DNA of 64,000 bases from an uncultured Actinomycetota bacterium (GTDB taxonomy: Bacteria > Actinomycetota > Actinomycetes > DATJPE01), in contig CAVTPM010000015.1 in assembly GCA_963736655.1 (NCBI GenBank), positions 1,369,755 through 1,433,754 on the forward strand. The letters are read 5' to 3'. Below the pieces are notes generated by a model. That model made no database searches and was not told the origin of the DNA. It saw nothing but the letters and a program-made list of their open reading frames with translations. A program made the position numbers and the translations under genes. Below are positions 1-9,262 of this stretch, piece after piece; position 1 is the stretch's first letter; each line of letters begins with the position of its first letter.

Positions 1-43
1 TGCCCCGCAAGCAGGCTGCGAGGTGCTCGTCGACGGTCTTCAC
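1..43 (-). CDS. moeA: 5' end of molybdopterin molybdotransferase (runs off the window)
   Basis: GTG at 43 overlaps the galU stop (GTGA) and reads [14 protein letters not shown], a typical actinobacterial MoeA N-terminus. galU-moeA order is conserved. Only 14 codons are visible. Confidence 0.6.
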   Translation of the reverse strand, partial: MKTVDEHLAACLRG

Positions 44-970
44 GCGGTTCCCTCCCCCTGGACGAAGTCCCTCAGCCACGCGCGCAGCTCAGGACCGAGG
101 TCCTCACGTTCGCACGCCAGGCGCACGACGGCCTTGAGGTAGTCGAGTCGGTCGCCCGTGTCGTACCGCCGACCGCGGAAGACGACGCCGTGCACCCCGC
201 CACCCTCCGCCTCGGACCGGCCGGCCAAGAGCTTGATCGCGTCGGTGAGCTGGATCTCACCGCCCTTGCCCGGAGGTGTCTCGCGCAGCGCGTCGAAGAC
301 CGCCGGGTCGAGGATGTATCGGCCGATGACCGCGTAACCGCTCGGAGCCTCGTCGGCCGACGGCTTCTCGACCAGGTCGGTCACCCGCAGGACGCCCGCG
401 GTCGTCGGTGGGCTCGACGGCGGCGCAGCCGTACAGGTGGATCTGCTCGCGCGGGACCTCCATCAGGGCCAGCACGGAGCCACCCCGGCGTTCGCGGGCG
501 TCGATCATGCACGGCAGCAACGGATCACGCGGGTCGATCAGGTCATCACCCAGGAGCACGGCGAACGGCTGGTCGCCGACGTGCTGCTCGGCGCACGAGA
601 CGGCGTGGCCCAGGCCCAAGGCGTCGCCCTGCCGGACGTAGTGCACGGTCGCCAGGTCGGCGCTGGCGCGCACCTGGGCGAGCCGGGTCAGGTCGCCCTT
701 CGCCTCCAGGGCGTGCTCGAGCTCGTGGGCGCGGTCGAAGTGGTCCTCGAGGGCCCGCTTGCTGCGCCCCGTGATCATCAGCACGTCGTGCAGCCCGGCG
801 GCCGCGGCCTCCTCGACGACGTACTGGATCGCCGGCTTGTCGACGACCGGGAGCATCTCCTTGGGGGTCGCCTTGGTCGCCGGCAGGAAGCGCGTGCCGA
901 GACCCGCGGCCGGGATCACGGCCTTGGTGACCCGGACGCGTGCGACGCTGATTCGTTCTGCACCTGACAT
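40..970 (-). CDS. galU: UTP--glucose-1-phosphate uridylyltransferase (frameshift near 385)
   Basis: [31 protein letters not shown] in ORF 257..970; C-terminal half ([21 protein letters not shown]) in ORF 40..384. Confidence 0.95.
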
Positions 971-1071
971 GCGGCCGAGCCTAACGCCGGGCCGGGGTCG
1001 ACTCCCCGCGCCGGCCGCGCGTGCCCCGTTCGGCCGAGTGCGTCCGGGCCGAACGGGGGCACCATGGGGTC

Positions 1072-1665
1072 ATGGAGCTCGATGAGACCAAGGCCGGACT
1101 GCGTGCGGTGCTGCGCGATCGCCGCCGCGCCATGAGTGCTGAGACCCTCGCCGCGGCAGCCGAAGGCCTCACCCGGGCGGTGCTCGCCCGCCCCGAGGTC
1201 GAGGGTGCGCAGCTGATCGCCCTCTACGTGTCGTACGGCCCCGAGCCGGACACCACAGCCCTCCGCAAGGAGCTCCGGGCCCGCGGGGTGCGGGTGATCC
1301 TCCCGGTCGTGCTCCCCGACTACGACCTGGACTGGGCGGAGGATGCCGGCGACGCCGAGCTGTACTACCCGCTGCGCGGTCCGGCCACCCCACGCGGTCC
1401 CCGGTTGGGCTGCGCTGCCGTCGCCTCGGCCGACGTGGTCATCGTCCCCGGACTCGCCGTCGACCGGGACGGCGTCCGGCTCGGTCAGGGAGCCGGCTGC
1501 TACGACCGGTCGCTGGCCCGAGTGCCACCTGGCGTGCCGGTGCTCGTGCTCGTGCACGACGGCGAGGTCCTCGCACCCGGCGCCGTCCCCTGCGACCTGC
1601 ACGACCGCCGGGTGACCGGCTGGGTGGTGCCGGCCGACGCGCCCGCCGCCCACAGCACCCGATAA
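1072..1665 (+). CDS. 5-formyltetrahydrofolate cyclo-ligase
   Basis: K-x-x-LRAVLRDRRR N-terminus, EPDT, VIVPGLAVDRDGVRLGQGAGCYDRSL motif; divergent from galU as in other actinobacteria. Confidence 0.92.
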   Translation: MELDETKAGLRAVLRDRRRAMSAETLAAAAEGLTRAVLARPEVEGAQLIALYVSYGPEPDTTALRKELRARGVRVILPVVLPDYDLDWAEDAGDAELYYPLRGPATPRGPRLGCAAVASADVVIVPGLAVDRDGVRLGQGAGCYDRSLARVPPGVPVLVLVHDGEVLAPGAVPCDLHDRRVTGWVVPADAPAAHSTR

Positions 1666-1792
1666 CCGACGCAAGGTCACCTTCTCCCCGCTTCATTCGG
1701 GATTCCTCCACCTTCATTCCTGAGTTCCTTCGCGCCGAAGCATCCGTTCGCCGAGGCGGGGAATGCCGGTACGCCCCCGGTGGTTGACGCCA

Positions 1793-1810
1793 TTAGTTGA
1801 ACTGTCAATC
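1793..1810. promoter_or_regulatory. imperfect palindrome TAGTTGAACTGTCAATCA upstream of the nitroreductase; candidate repressor operator
   Basis: AT-rich TTGA-N5-TCAA dyad about 20 nt before the ATG at 1827. The MarR-like assignment is inference. Confidence 0.4.
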
Positions 1811-1826
1811 ACTCTCGGAGTCCTCC

Positions 1827-2454
1827 ATGACCGTCGTCAGCGACCTCCCGCTCTCGCTCCTCACCACGGTGGAGCAGGAGCCGGAACACCCTGCACCCGC
1901 TCCTTGCGGAACGCTGGAGCCCCCGCGCCTGGTCCGACGAGCGGGTCAGCGACCGGGCCACTCGCTCGGTCCTCGAAGCCGCCCGCTGGGCCCCGAGCGG
2001 CGGCAACGGCCAGCCCTGGCGGTTCGTGATCGGACAGCACGGCGACGCCACGTGGGAGCTGCTCCACGCGGCCCTGATGCCCGGCAACCAGCCCTGGGCC
2101 CGACGCGCGCCGCTCCTGGTGCTCGCGGTCGCTCTCACTGCCGACGAGGTGGGCCGACCCCGCCCCACCGCCGGCTACGAGCTCGGGCTCGCGGTCAGCC
2201 AGCTCACGGTCCAGGCCCACGCCGAGGGCCTGCACGTGCACCAGATGGCCGGGTTCTCCTCCGACGTGGTGCGCACCACGCTCGCGCTCCCCGACTCGGC
2301 GACCCCTTACGTCGTGCTCGCCCTCGGGCATCGGGGCGATCCGGAGTCCCTCGACGAGCCGTACCGGAGCCGGGAGACGGCACCGAGGACCCGGCTCCCC
2401 CTCGAGGACATCGCCTTCGCGGGCAGCTGGGGTCGGGCTGCCGACCTCGGTTGA
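1827..2454 (+). CDS. nitroreductase family protein (probable frameshift near 1880)
   Basis: HPLLAERWSPRAW, LEAARWAPSGGNGQPWRF, GLHVHQMAGF, RTRLPL motifs in the frame of ORF 2026..2454; the upstream ATG at 1827 is in another frame. Confidence 0.88.
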
Positions 2455-2573
2455 GCGGACGTCGCGCCCCGCTCGTCCGGTAGCCTTGGCACTCACGACA
2501 GGCGAGTGCCAGACGACGCGCCACCGGCCGCCGACGGCGGCAACGACGCGCACCACCCGGGAGGACCCACCCC

Positions 2574-2969
2574 GTGCCGACCTACCAGTACGTCTGCACC
2601 GACTGCGACGCGCCGCTGGAGGCCGTCCAGTCCTTCAGCGACGACAGCCTGACGGTCTGTCCCGCGTGCGGCGGCCGGCTCCGCAAGGTGTTCAGCGCGG
2701 TCGGGGTGGTCTTCAAGGGCTCCGGCTTCTACCGCACCGACTCCCGCAACGCGTCGTCGGCCGCGGCTGCGGCGAGCTCGTCGAGCTCGTCGAACTCGTC
2801 GTCGAAGGACACCAGCAGCTCCGGCTCCTCGAGCAGCGGCGACACAGCCGGCTCCAGCAGCAAGGAGAGCAGCAAGCCCTCGCCGAGCAGCGACTCCGGG
2901 TCGAAGTCGGGCGCGTCGGCGGGCTCCGGCACGAAGGGCTCGACCGGCGGATCCACCTCCGCCGCCTGA
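2574..2969 (+). CDS. FmdB family zinc-ribbon protein with Ser-rich tail
   Basis: MPTYQYVCTDC...CPACGG.LRKVFSAVGVVFKGSGFYRTDSR signature. Confidence 0.92.
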   Translation: MPTYQYVCTDCDAPLEAVQSFSDDSLTVCPACGGRLRKVFSAVGVVFKGSGFYRTDSRNASSAAAAASSSSSSNSSSKDTSSSGSSSSGDTAGSSSKESSKPSPSSDSGSKSGASAGSGTKGSTGGSTSAA

Positions 2970-3050
2970 GGCTCGCCCACAGCGCGACCGTCGCCACCTC
3001 GTCCTGTGGACGACCGCCCGAGCCGTCAGCGAGCGGGCTAGCCTCCCGCC

Positions 3051-3878
3051 ATGACGTCGCCAGCATCGACCGCACCGACCGCCGAGATCGGCGTGCTCGG
3101 GGGGTCCGGCTTCTACGCCTTCCTCGACGACACCGAGGAAGTCGTCGTCGACACGCCGTACGGCTCACCGTCTGACCCGATCGTCGTGGGTGACGTCGGC
3201 GGCCGGCGGGTGGCGTTCCTGCCCCGGCACGGCCGCGACCACCGCTTTCCGCCGCACCGGGTGCCCTACCGCGCCAACCTGTGGGCCCTGCGATCGCTCG
3301 GCGTCCGCCAGGTCCTCGCCCCGTGCGCGGTCGGCGGCCTTCGCCCGCACCTCGGTCCCGGCACGCTCGTGGTCCCCGACCAGTTCGTCGACCGCACGTC
3401 CGGGCGCGTGCAGACGTTCTACGACCAGGGCGCCGTGCACGTCTCGATGGCCGACCCGTACTGCCCGACCGGCCGCCGGGCAGTGCTCGAGGCCGGGCGC
3501 GACGCCATGTGGTCCCCCACGGACGGCGGCACGCTCGTCGTCATCGAGGGCCCGCGGTTCTCGACCCGGGCGGAGTCGCGGTGGTTCAGCGCCAACGACT
3601 GGTCGGTGGTGGGCATGACCGGTCACCCGGAGGCGGTCCTCGCCCGTGAGCTGGCCCTCTGCTACACCTCGATCGCCGTCGTGACCGACCTCGACGCGGG
3701 CGTCGAGGAGGGTCACGGCGTGACCCACGCCGAGGTCCTCGACGTCTTCGCCGGCACGATCGCGAGGCTCCGCGACGTGCTGCTCGACACGATCCCCCGA
3801 CTGCCTGGGTCTCACGAGCGTTCGTGCGGCTGCGGAGCGGCTCTCGACGGGCTCTCCCTCCCCTTCGCCCTGCCCTGA
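3051..3878 (+). CDS. mtnP: S-methyl-5'-thioadenosine phosphorylase
   Basis: IGVLGGSG, FLPRHG, PDQFVDRT, EGPRFSTRAES, VVGMTGHPEAVLAREL, VTDLDAG motifs. Confidence 0.93.
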   Translation: MTSPASTAPTAEIGVLGGSGFYAFLDDTEEVVVDTPYGSPSDPIVVGDVGGRRVAFLPRHGRDHRFPPHRVPYRANLWALRSLGVRQVLAPCAVGGLRPHLGPGTLVVPDQFVDRTSGRVQTFYDQGAVHVSMADPYCPTGRRAVLEAGRDAMWSPTDGGTLVVIEGPRFSTRAESRWFSANDWSVVGMTGHPEAVLARELALCYTSIAVVTDLDAGVEEGHGVTHAEVLDVFAGTIARLRDVLLDTIPRLPGSHERSCGCGAALDGLSLPFALP

Positions 3879-3884
3879 CCGGCC

Positions 3885-4559
3885 GTGTCCCTGTCACGAC
3901 GGTCGCGGTGGGTCCGAGCCGCACGAGCTCGGCGGCGATGGGTCGCGGCGGTCCTCGTCGCCGGCGCGGTGGCGTTCGGTCTCGAGACCCTCGCGCCCCC
4001 GGAGCCGGAGACCGCACAGCTGGTCGTCGCAGCCGACGACCTCACGGGTGGCCGCCGCCTGGACCCCTCGGCGCTCCGGATCGCCCGCTGGCCGGCCGAC
4101 CTGGTGCCTCCCGGCGCCCTACGCACCGTCGAGGAGGCAACCGGTCGCACGCTGGCCGGGGCCGTCGGACGCGGGGAGCCCGTGACGCTGCTCCGGCTGG
4201 TCGGCCCGCGCCTGGCGGACACCCTCGCCCAGGACGACCGCGTGGCAGCGCCGGTACGGCTGGCCGACGCCGACGCGGCTCACCTGCTCCGCCCGGGCGA
4301 CCTCATCGACCTGGTGGCGGCCAGCGCGGGCTCGGCCGACGTCCTGGACCCCGCGACCCGCGGGCCGGCCGACGCACGGGTCGTGGCTGCGTCCGCCGCC
4401 GTTCTCGCAGTGCCTGCCGGGGACAGCGACAGCGGCCTGCTCGGAGGGACCACCAGCACGGGAGGAGCCTTGCTCGTGGTCGCTGTGACGCGCGCTGAGG
4501 CGCTCGCACTGGCGGAGGCGGCGGTGCTCGGTCCGCTCTCGGTCATCCTCGTCGGCTAA
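3885..4559 (+). CDS. SAF/RcpC-CpaB domain protein
   Basis: N-terminal hydrophobic segment, VVAADDL.GG..L, GRTLAGAVGRGEPVT, VRLADADAAHLLRPGDLIDLVA; syntenic between FmdB and mscL. Confidence 0.8.
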   Translation: MSLSRRSRWVRAARARRRWVAAVLVAGAVAFGLETLAPPEPETAQLVVAADDLTGGRRLDPSALRIARWPADLVPPGALRTVEEATGRTLAGAVGRGEPVTLLRLVGPRLADTLAQDDRVAAPVRLADADAAHLLRPGDLIDLVAASAGSADVLDPATRGPADARVVAASAAVLAVPAGDSDSGLLGGTTSTGGALLVVAVTRAEALALAEAAVLGPLSVILVG

Positions 4560-4753
4560 GGCGGGGCGGCCCCGCGAATGAGGGGAAACGGCGCGATGTC
4601 AGGGCCCTGATCGGTCGCTACGCCGCACTGGGCCGGGCGCCTCGGCCGTGACGCTGGCAGAAACCAGCGGAACGGCCGGTTTGTCGCCACCCGCCCCGTT
4701 CGTTACCGTCGCCCGGGCACGGGGTCGACACCGTCGAGGATGGGAGCCGTTTC

Positions 4754-5140
4754 ATGCTCAAGGGCTTCAGAGAGTTCATCGTGCGAGGCAACGTGGTGGA
4801 CCTGGCCGTCGCTGTCGTGATCGGCGCTTCGTTCACCGCGGTGATCGCCGCCTTCACCAAGGGCATCATCACGCCGCTGATCGCAGCCATCTTCAGCAAG
4901 CCGAACCTCGACGACGTCGGCAACTTCACGATCAACGGCGCGGACTTCAGCATCGGCATCGTTCTCACCGCGCTGATCCTGTTCCTGTTCACGGCCGCAG
5001 CGATCTACTTCGCCGTGGTCCTGCCGATGAACAAGCTCAAGGAGCGCCAGGAGGCCCGCGCCGGAGGTCCGGCTGCGGCCGAGGAGTCCGAGCTCGACGT
5101 CCTCAAGCAGATCCGCGACCAGCTCAACAGCCAGGCCTGA
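4754..5140 (+). CDS. mscL: large-conductance mechanosensitive channel
   Basis: MLKGFREFIVRGNVVDLAVAVVIG...LKQIRDQL. Confidence 0.96.
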   Translation: MLKGFREFIVRGNVVDLAVAVVIGASFTAVIAAFTKGIITPLIAAIFSKPNLDDVGNFTINGADFSIGIVLTALILFLFTAAAIYFAVVLPMNKLKERQEARAGGPAAAEESELDVLKQIRDQLNSQA

Positions 5141-5368
5141 GCCCCTCAGTCCCCGTGGTGCGGGGGTACGTCCCTCAGGAACCGCTCCAGGTCGTCGGGG
5201 TCGGAGTCGGTACGCCCTGACGGGTCGTCACCCCAGCCGACCCCTTGCTCGTCGCTGGTCGTGTCGGGAAGGACGGGTCCGTCGCTGTCGACGGGTCCGT
5301 TCGCCCGTGTCCCGGTGTTCACGCGGTCAGCCTGTCATGCCAGCCGGCGCTGCTCGGGCGCGGCAGGG

Positions 5369-5737
5369 TCAGCGGTTCCGGAAGTGCGCGAGCCGCTCCT
5401 TGAGGAGCTCCTCGAGCTCGACGAGGGAACGCCGCTCGAGCAGCATGTCCCAGGGGGTCTTGCTGGCGACCATGGTCCGCGGCGACATGGTCGGCACGCT
5501 CAGGTCGCCCTCGGTGACCGAGGCTCGGCGGGCAGCGGTCTCGTCGCGGTGGGCGGTGCGCCCGCACTTGGGGCAGTCCCAGGTCATCGGGATCTCGTCG
5601 GCGTCGGCCGCGAAGTTGAGCGTCAGCACGTGCCCGGCGGGGCAGTGGTAGACCTCCGGGTGGGACGGGACACCGACGACGTTCACGTCGGACTCATAGC
5701 TCCGGGTCGACATCCCGTATCCACGCAGTGCGGTCAT
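5369..5737 (-). CDS. rbpA: RNA polymerase-binding protein RbpA family
   Basis: ALRG..M...SYESD, YHCPAGH...F...WDCPKCG zinc core, KTPWDMLLERRSLVELEELLKERL sigma-interaction helix; GGAGG RBS before the ATG at 5737. Confidence 0.85.
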   Translation of the reverse strand: MTALRGYGMSTRSYESDVNVVGVPSHPEVYHCPAGHVLTLNFAADADEIPMTWDCPKCGRTAHRDETAARRASVTEGDLSVPTMSPRTMVASKTPWDMLLERRSLVELEELLKERLAHFRNR

Positions 5738-5930
5738 GCTGGCGTTCCTCCTGGTCGGTTCCCCGTGTGCCTTATCGACGTAAGGCATGCCCGTTCTGTT
5801 CACCCATCAGGCTGTGACGTCGGACACGTCGATCCCTGAGGGGGTTCTCAGGGCTGATCACCAGCCGGCGCACAGCGGGCTCACAGCGGGCCTGGCGAGC
5901 CTGAGGTCCTGGGTACGAAGGAGGCCAGGC

Positions 5931-6211
5931 ATGCGACCGGATCCGGCAGACGTGAGCGCCCGCACCTGCCGCTGCGCCTCCCCGCACCACGAGCTGTCCC
6001 CGGCGAGCTCGTCCCGACGCCTGCTCAGGCTGCGCGCAGTCGCGGCGGCGCTCGCCGTCGGCGGGTTCGCCAGCCTCGCCGTGGTCCTGCTCGGGCCACC
6101 CTCGGACATCTCGGACACCTCGGACCCTCGGACGCCTCGACGGTCATCGCGATCGCCGATGCGGTCGCGCCAGGACAACGGCCCGACATCGTGCTCGGGG
6201 CCGGGGCATGA
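5931..6211 (+). CDS. small single-TM protein with Ser-Asp repeat (frameshift inside the repeat)
   Basis: Hydrophobic AVAAALAVGGFASLAVVLLG followed by CTCGGAC tandem units. The +1 frame ends TGA overlapping the next ATG (ATGA 6208-6211). Confidence 0.4.
6101..6143 (+). repeat. tandem ~9-nt repeat CTCGGAC(AT/AC/C/GC), 4 units plus a degenerate fifth
   Basis: ctcggacat ctcggacac ctcggacc ctcggacgc ctcgacgg read directly; the third unit is 8 nt. Confidence 0.8.
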
Positions 6212-6904
6212 GCCGCCCCGCTCCCCCCGGCAGCATCAGCCCCTGGGCGGCCGACCTCGCGGACCGGCCGCTGGGGCCGGTGCACGAGGTCAGCTTCGAG
6301 GTTCATGGCGTCGCCGCGCAGGTCCTCGTCGTCCGCGGCGCCCCCGAGCTGCTCGACGACGGCCGTGCCCGCGCGGCCGAGCTGCTGGACCTGTGGCGCG
6401 GGCCGGTCAACGAGCTGGTCGACCCGGGCGACGGTCGACCGACGTACGTCTCCGTCGAGACGCTCCTGCTCGCCGACCTGGCCCGGACGGCTCACGAAGG
6501 GTCCGACCACGATCGCGCCGACGACGACCCCCGGCCCGGTCGGACCTTCGTCGGCCCAGGGCCGAGCGTCGAGCTACCGGCCGGTGCCAGCAGGTTGCTC
6601 GCGACCCTGGACACCGCGCTCATCGCCGACCTGGTGGCGCACGACCTCGTCGACTCCGGAGCCCTCGGGGTGTGCGTCCGGATCGGCTCCGACGCCCGGC
6701 TGCTCGGGATCCCGCCGCGCTACCCGGGCTGGCGCGTGGCCGTGGTCGGGAGCGAGACCGACGAGCACCTCCTCGTGGCCGAGGGCGGGCTGGCCACCCG
6801 AGGCGTGGGCAGCGGCACGCACCACGGTCCGGGCACCGACGGCTTGGCAGGCGGCTCTGCGCGCCCAGCGCGCTTCGAGGACCGTGCCGCTCATCGTGGG
6901 CTGA
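6208..6904 (+). CDS. degenerate ApbE-like FAD:protein FMN transferase (3' end uncertain)
   Basis: ADLVAHDLVDSGALGVCVRIGSDARLLG.PP..GWRVAV and GGLATRG resemble the ApbE C-terminal half. The frame has no stop until 7683, antisense to fdhD, so a terminal frameshift is suspected. Confidence 0.55.
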
Positions 6905-7706
6905 GGAGCACCCGCTCGCTGCCTGCGTACAGGTTGAACGCGTTGTCGCGCACGAAACCGGCGAGCGTCACACCCGCCTCACGGGCCAGGTCGACGGCCA
7001 GCGTGGACGGCGCTGACACCGCGGCGAGGACGGGGATACCCGCCATCGCCGCCTTCTGGGTGAGCTCGAAGGAGGCCCGGCCGCTGACGTGCAGCAGGTA
7101 CTCGTGGGCGGGCAGCAGGCCCTCGCGCAAAGCCCACCCGACGACCTTGTCGACGGCGTTGTGCCGCCCGACGTCCTCGCGGATGCAGACCAGGTGGCCC
7201 TCCGGGGTGAACAGCCCGGCAGCATGCAGGCCCCCCGAACGGTCGAAGGCGCGCTGCGCCGCCCGCAGGGTCTCCGGGAGAGCCGCGAGGACCGCCGCCG
7301 TGAGGGTCGGCTGCCCGACAGGCGCGGCGGGCCCCCGTCGAGCGAGCACCGCGGCGATGGAGTCCGAGCCGCAGATGCCGCAGGCGCTGGAGGTCGCGCC
7401 GATCCTGGCCGGCGGAGCCGCGACCCCGGGCGCGAGTCGTACGTCGACGGTGTCGGCGTCGCAGGCGACCGCGTCGATCACCTCGTCCGGCCGCCGGACC
7501 ACCCCTTCGGAGACCAGCCAGCCGAGCGCCAGGTCCAGGTCGTGGCCGGGCGTGCGCATGGTCGTCGCCACCGTCACGCCGTCGATCCGCACCGTGAGGG
7601 GCTCCTCGACGGCAACCTGGTCGGGTCCCTCCTTGGCGCCGTCCACGCGCACGCGCAGGACACGCCTGCCGTCGACGAGGTGACCCACGTCCCTACCGTC
7701 GCACAC
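6891..7706 (-). CDS. fdhD: formate dehydrogenase accessory sulfurtransferase
   Basis: VAVEEPLTVR, TMRTPGHDLDLALGWLVSEG, SSACGICG, GGLHAAGLF, REDVGRHNAVDKVVG, SGRASFELTQKA. Confidence 0.93.
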   Translation of the reverse strand: MCDGRDVGHLVDGRRVLRVRVDGAKEGPDQVAVEEPLTVRIDGVTVATTMRTPGHDLDLALGWLVSEGVVRRPDEVIDAVACDADTVDVRLAPGVAAPPARIGATSSACGICGSDSIAAVLARRGPAAPVGQPTLTAAVLAALPETLRAAQRAFDRSGGLHAAGLFTPEGHLVCIREDVGRHNAVDKVVGWALREGLLPAHEYLLHVSGRASFELTQKAAMAGIPVLAAVSAPSTLAVDLAREAGVTLAGFVRDNAFNLYAGSERVLLSPR

Positions 7707-7732
7707 GCGGCTCGCTGGCGGCAGGGCGCGTG

Positions 7733-8125
7733 CTAGCCGGTCGCCTGCAGACCGGTCCGCCGTAAGGCCTCACTCAGGATCCGACCGAAACCCTCTACGT
7801 CACCCGCCACGCTGTCGAGAGCCGCCGAGTCGAGCACGTCGACGTACGACCCCGACGACAGCTCAGCGACCACGAGAGGGGTGCGTTCCCCGGTGGCGGC
7901 GAGCAACGCCGGGCTGCGCTCGTTGCGGTGCACGAGGTCGAACGGCACCGGGAGCGTCGAGCAGAGCAGGTCCCACGACCGCCGCCGACGGAGCCTCCCG
8001 TGCGTGACGTCGCACAGGGCGCAATGGGTGGTACCACGCAGTGAACCCGTGACGTACGCGAGCTCCCCGCGGAGGCCCCCGTCGGCGTGAAAGATACCGA
8101 CGAGCCGGACGACCAGAGACGCCAT
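7733..8125 (-). CDS. conserved hypothetical protein with HCxLCxxxH motif
   Basis: GIFHADGGLRGELAYV...HCALCDVTHG...LVHRNERS...TPLVV; coding-like GC bias; co-oriented with fdhD. Confidence 0.7.
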   Translation of the reverse strand: MASLVVRLVGIFHADGGLRGELAYVTGSLRGTTHCALCDVTHGRLRRRRSWDLLCSTLPVPFDLVHRNERSPALLAATGERTPLVVAELSSGSYVDVLDSAALDSVAGDVEGFGRILSEALRRTGLQATG

Positions 8126-8172
8126 GCGGACGACTCTGACAGAGGAAGACGTGGAGCGCAGCCGGGCGATCC

Positions 8173-9141
8173 TCAGGCGAAGTCGAGCACCTCGGAGACG
8201 TCCCGCCGATCAGTGCGCTCAGGCGCGGGGCCGTAGCCCAGCTGGAGCAGCAGCTGCGGCGCTCCCCACGCCGTGGTCGGATCACGCAGCCAGGGTCGGA
8301 GCGCGGGAACCTCGACCGGCTGGCTCAGCAACGTGGTCGAGACCCCTTCAGCAGTCGCTTCCAACCACGCCCGCTCCAGCGCCTGGCCGGCACGCACCCG
8401 GTCCTCCCCTGCGTCGTGGTCGGTGAGGAGCACGAGGAAGAGGCCGTCCACGGCGAAGTCCGCGGACCCGCGACCGTCGACGTGCGAGCCCATCGAGAAG
8501 TCGCGCACCAGGGCCCTGGGGTCGGTGGACTTCGGCCCCAACCGGTCGACGGGAATCCCCGCACCTGCCGGGGCGTGCTCCCCGGTCCAGGCGCGTACGT
8601 CGTCCACCACGGCGGGGTCGTCGCGCTGGTGACGCTCCGCGTCGCGGACGAGCCCCGCGAGCGCCGGGTCGTGCCACGTCGGGGGCCTCTCGAGGCGAGC
8701 CCCTTCGAGGCGAGCAGCCTCCTGCATCGCCGTCAGGACGTCCTGGGGGACGTCGGCACGCTCGAACGGGTGACGGCTGGACCGACGCGTGGGGATCACC
8801 TCGTGGAGCCGACGCTCGCGCGTCGTCGTGCGATAGGGACCACCGACGCGGACCTGAGCCACCAGCGTGGGCTGATCGGGGTCCGGAAGGATCCGGGTGA
8901 CCGTGGCGCGTCCCAGCACGCCGATCGCCAGCCGGAGGTTGAACAGCGCCGCCCCGCACGAGATGAGCAGCTCGCGCCCCTGCGGATCGAGGTGCGTGAG
9001 GCCCCGGTCGGCGTCGGCCCAGACCTCGATCACGTCGTCGCGGGCGCGGAAGCGCCACGGCTGCGTGTTGAGCACCGAGGGAGCCAGCACGGCGGCCGAC
9101 ACCACCGTGACGACCTCGTCGCCGGTCAGCCCGTTGCTCAT
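8173..9141 (-). CDS. Acg family FMN-binding nitroreductase
   Basis: [71 protein letters not shown]; start taken at ATG 9141. Confidence 0.88.
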   Translation of the reverse strand: MSNGLTGDEVVTVVSAAVLAPSVLNTQPWRFRARDDVIEVWADADRGLTHLDPQGRELLISCGAALFNLRLAIGVLGRATVTRILPDPDQPTLVAQVRVGGPYRTTTRERRLHEVIPTRRSSRHPFERADVPQDVLTAMQEAARLEGARLERPPTWHDPALAGLVRDAERHQRDDPAVVDDVRAWTGEHAPAGAGIPVDRLGPKSTDPRALVRDFSMGSHVDGRGSADFAVDGLFLVLLTDHDAGEDRVRAGQALERAWLEATAEGVSTTLLSQPVEVPALRPWLRDPTTAWGAPQLLLQLGYGPAPERTDRRDVSEVLDFA

Positions 9142-9196
9142 CGCGACCTCCTTCCGCTGCGCCGCAGAGTACGTCACGGCGAGCGCCAGCGGGCCA

Positions 9197-9232
9197 GCGC
9201 CGAAAGGCCGTACCCGACAGGTCGAATGGCCC
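9197..9232. promoter_or_regulatory. two degenerate DosR-box-like sites between divergent acg and the response regulator
   Basis: GCGCCGAAAGGCCG (9197-9210) and AGGTCGAATGGCCC (9219-9232) resemble the 14-nt GGGAC-N4-GTCCC core. Confidence 0.45.
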
Positions 9233-9262
9233 GACCCGAGGCCGATCCAGTGCGACGATGGC

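Noticed and set aside
6208-7683. 491-aa ApbE-like ORF extending across fdhD
   Set aside because: The 3' half is the antisense shadow of fdhD; a missing stop due to an indel is more likely.
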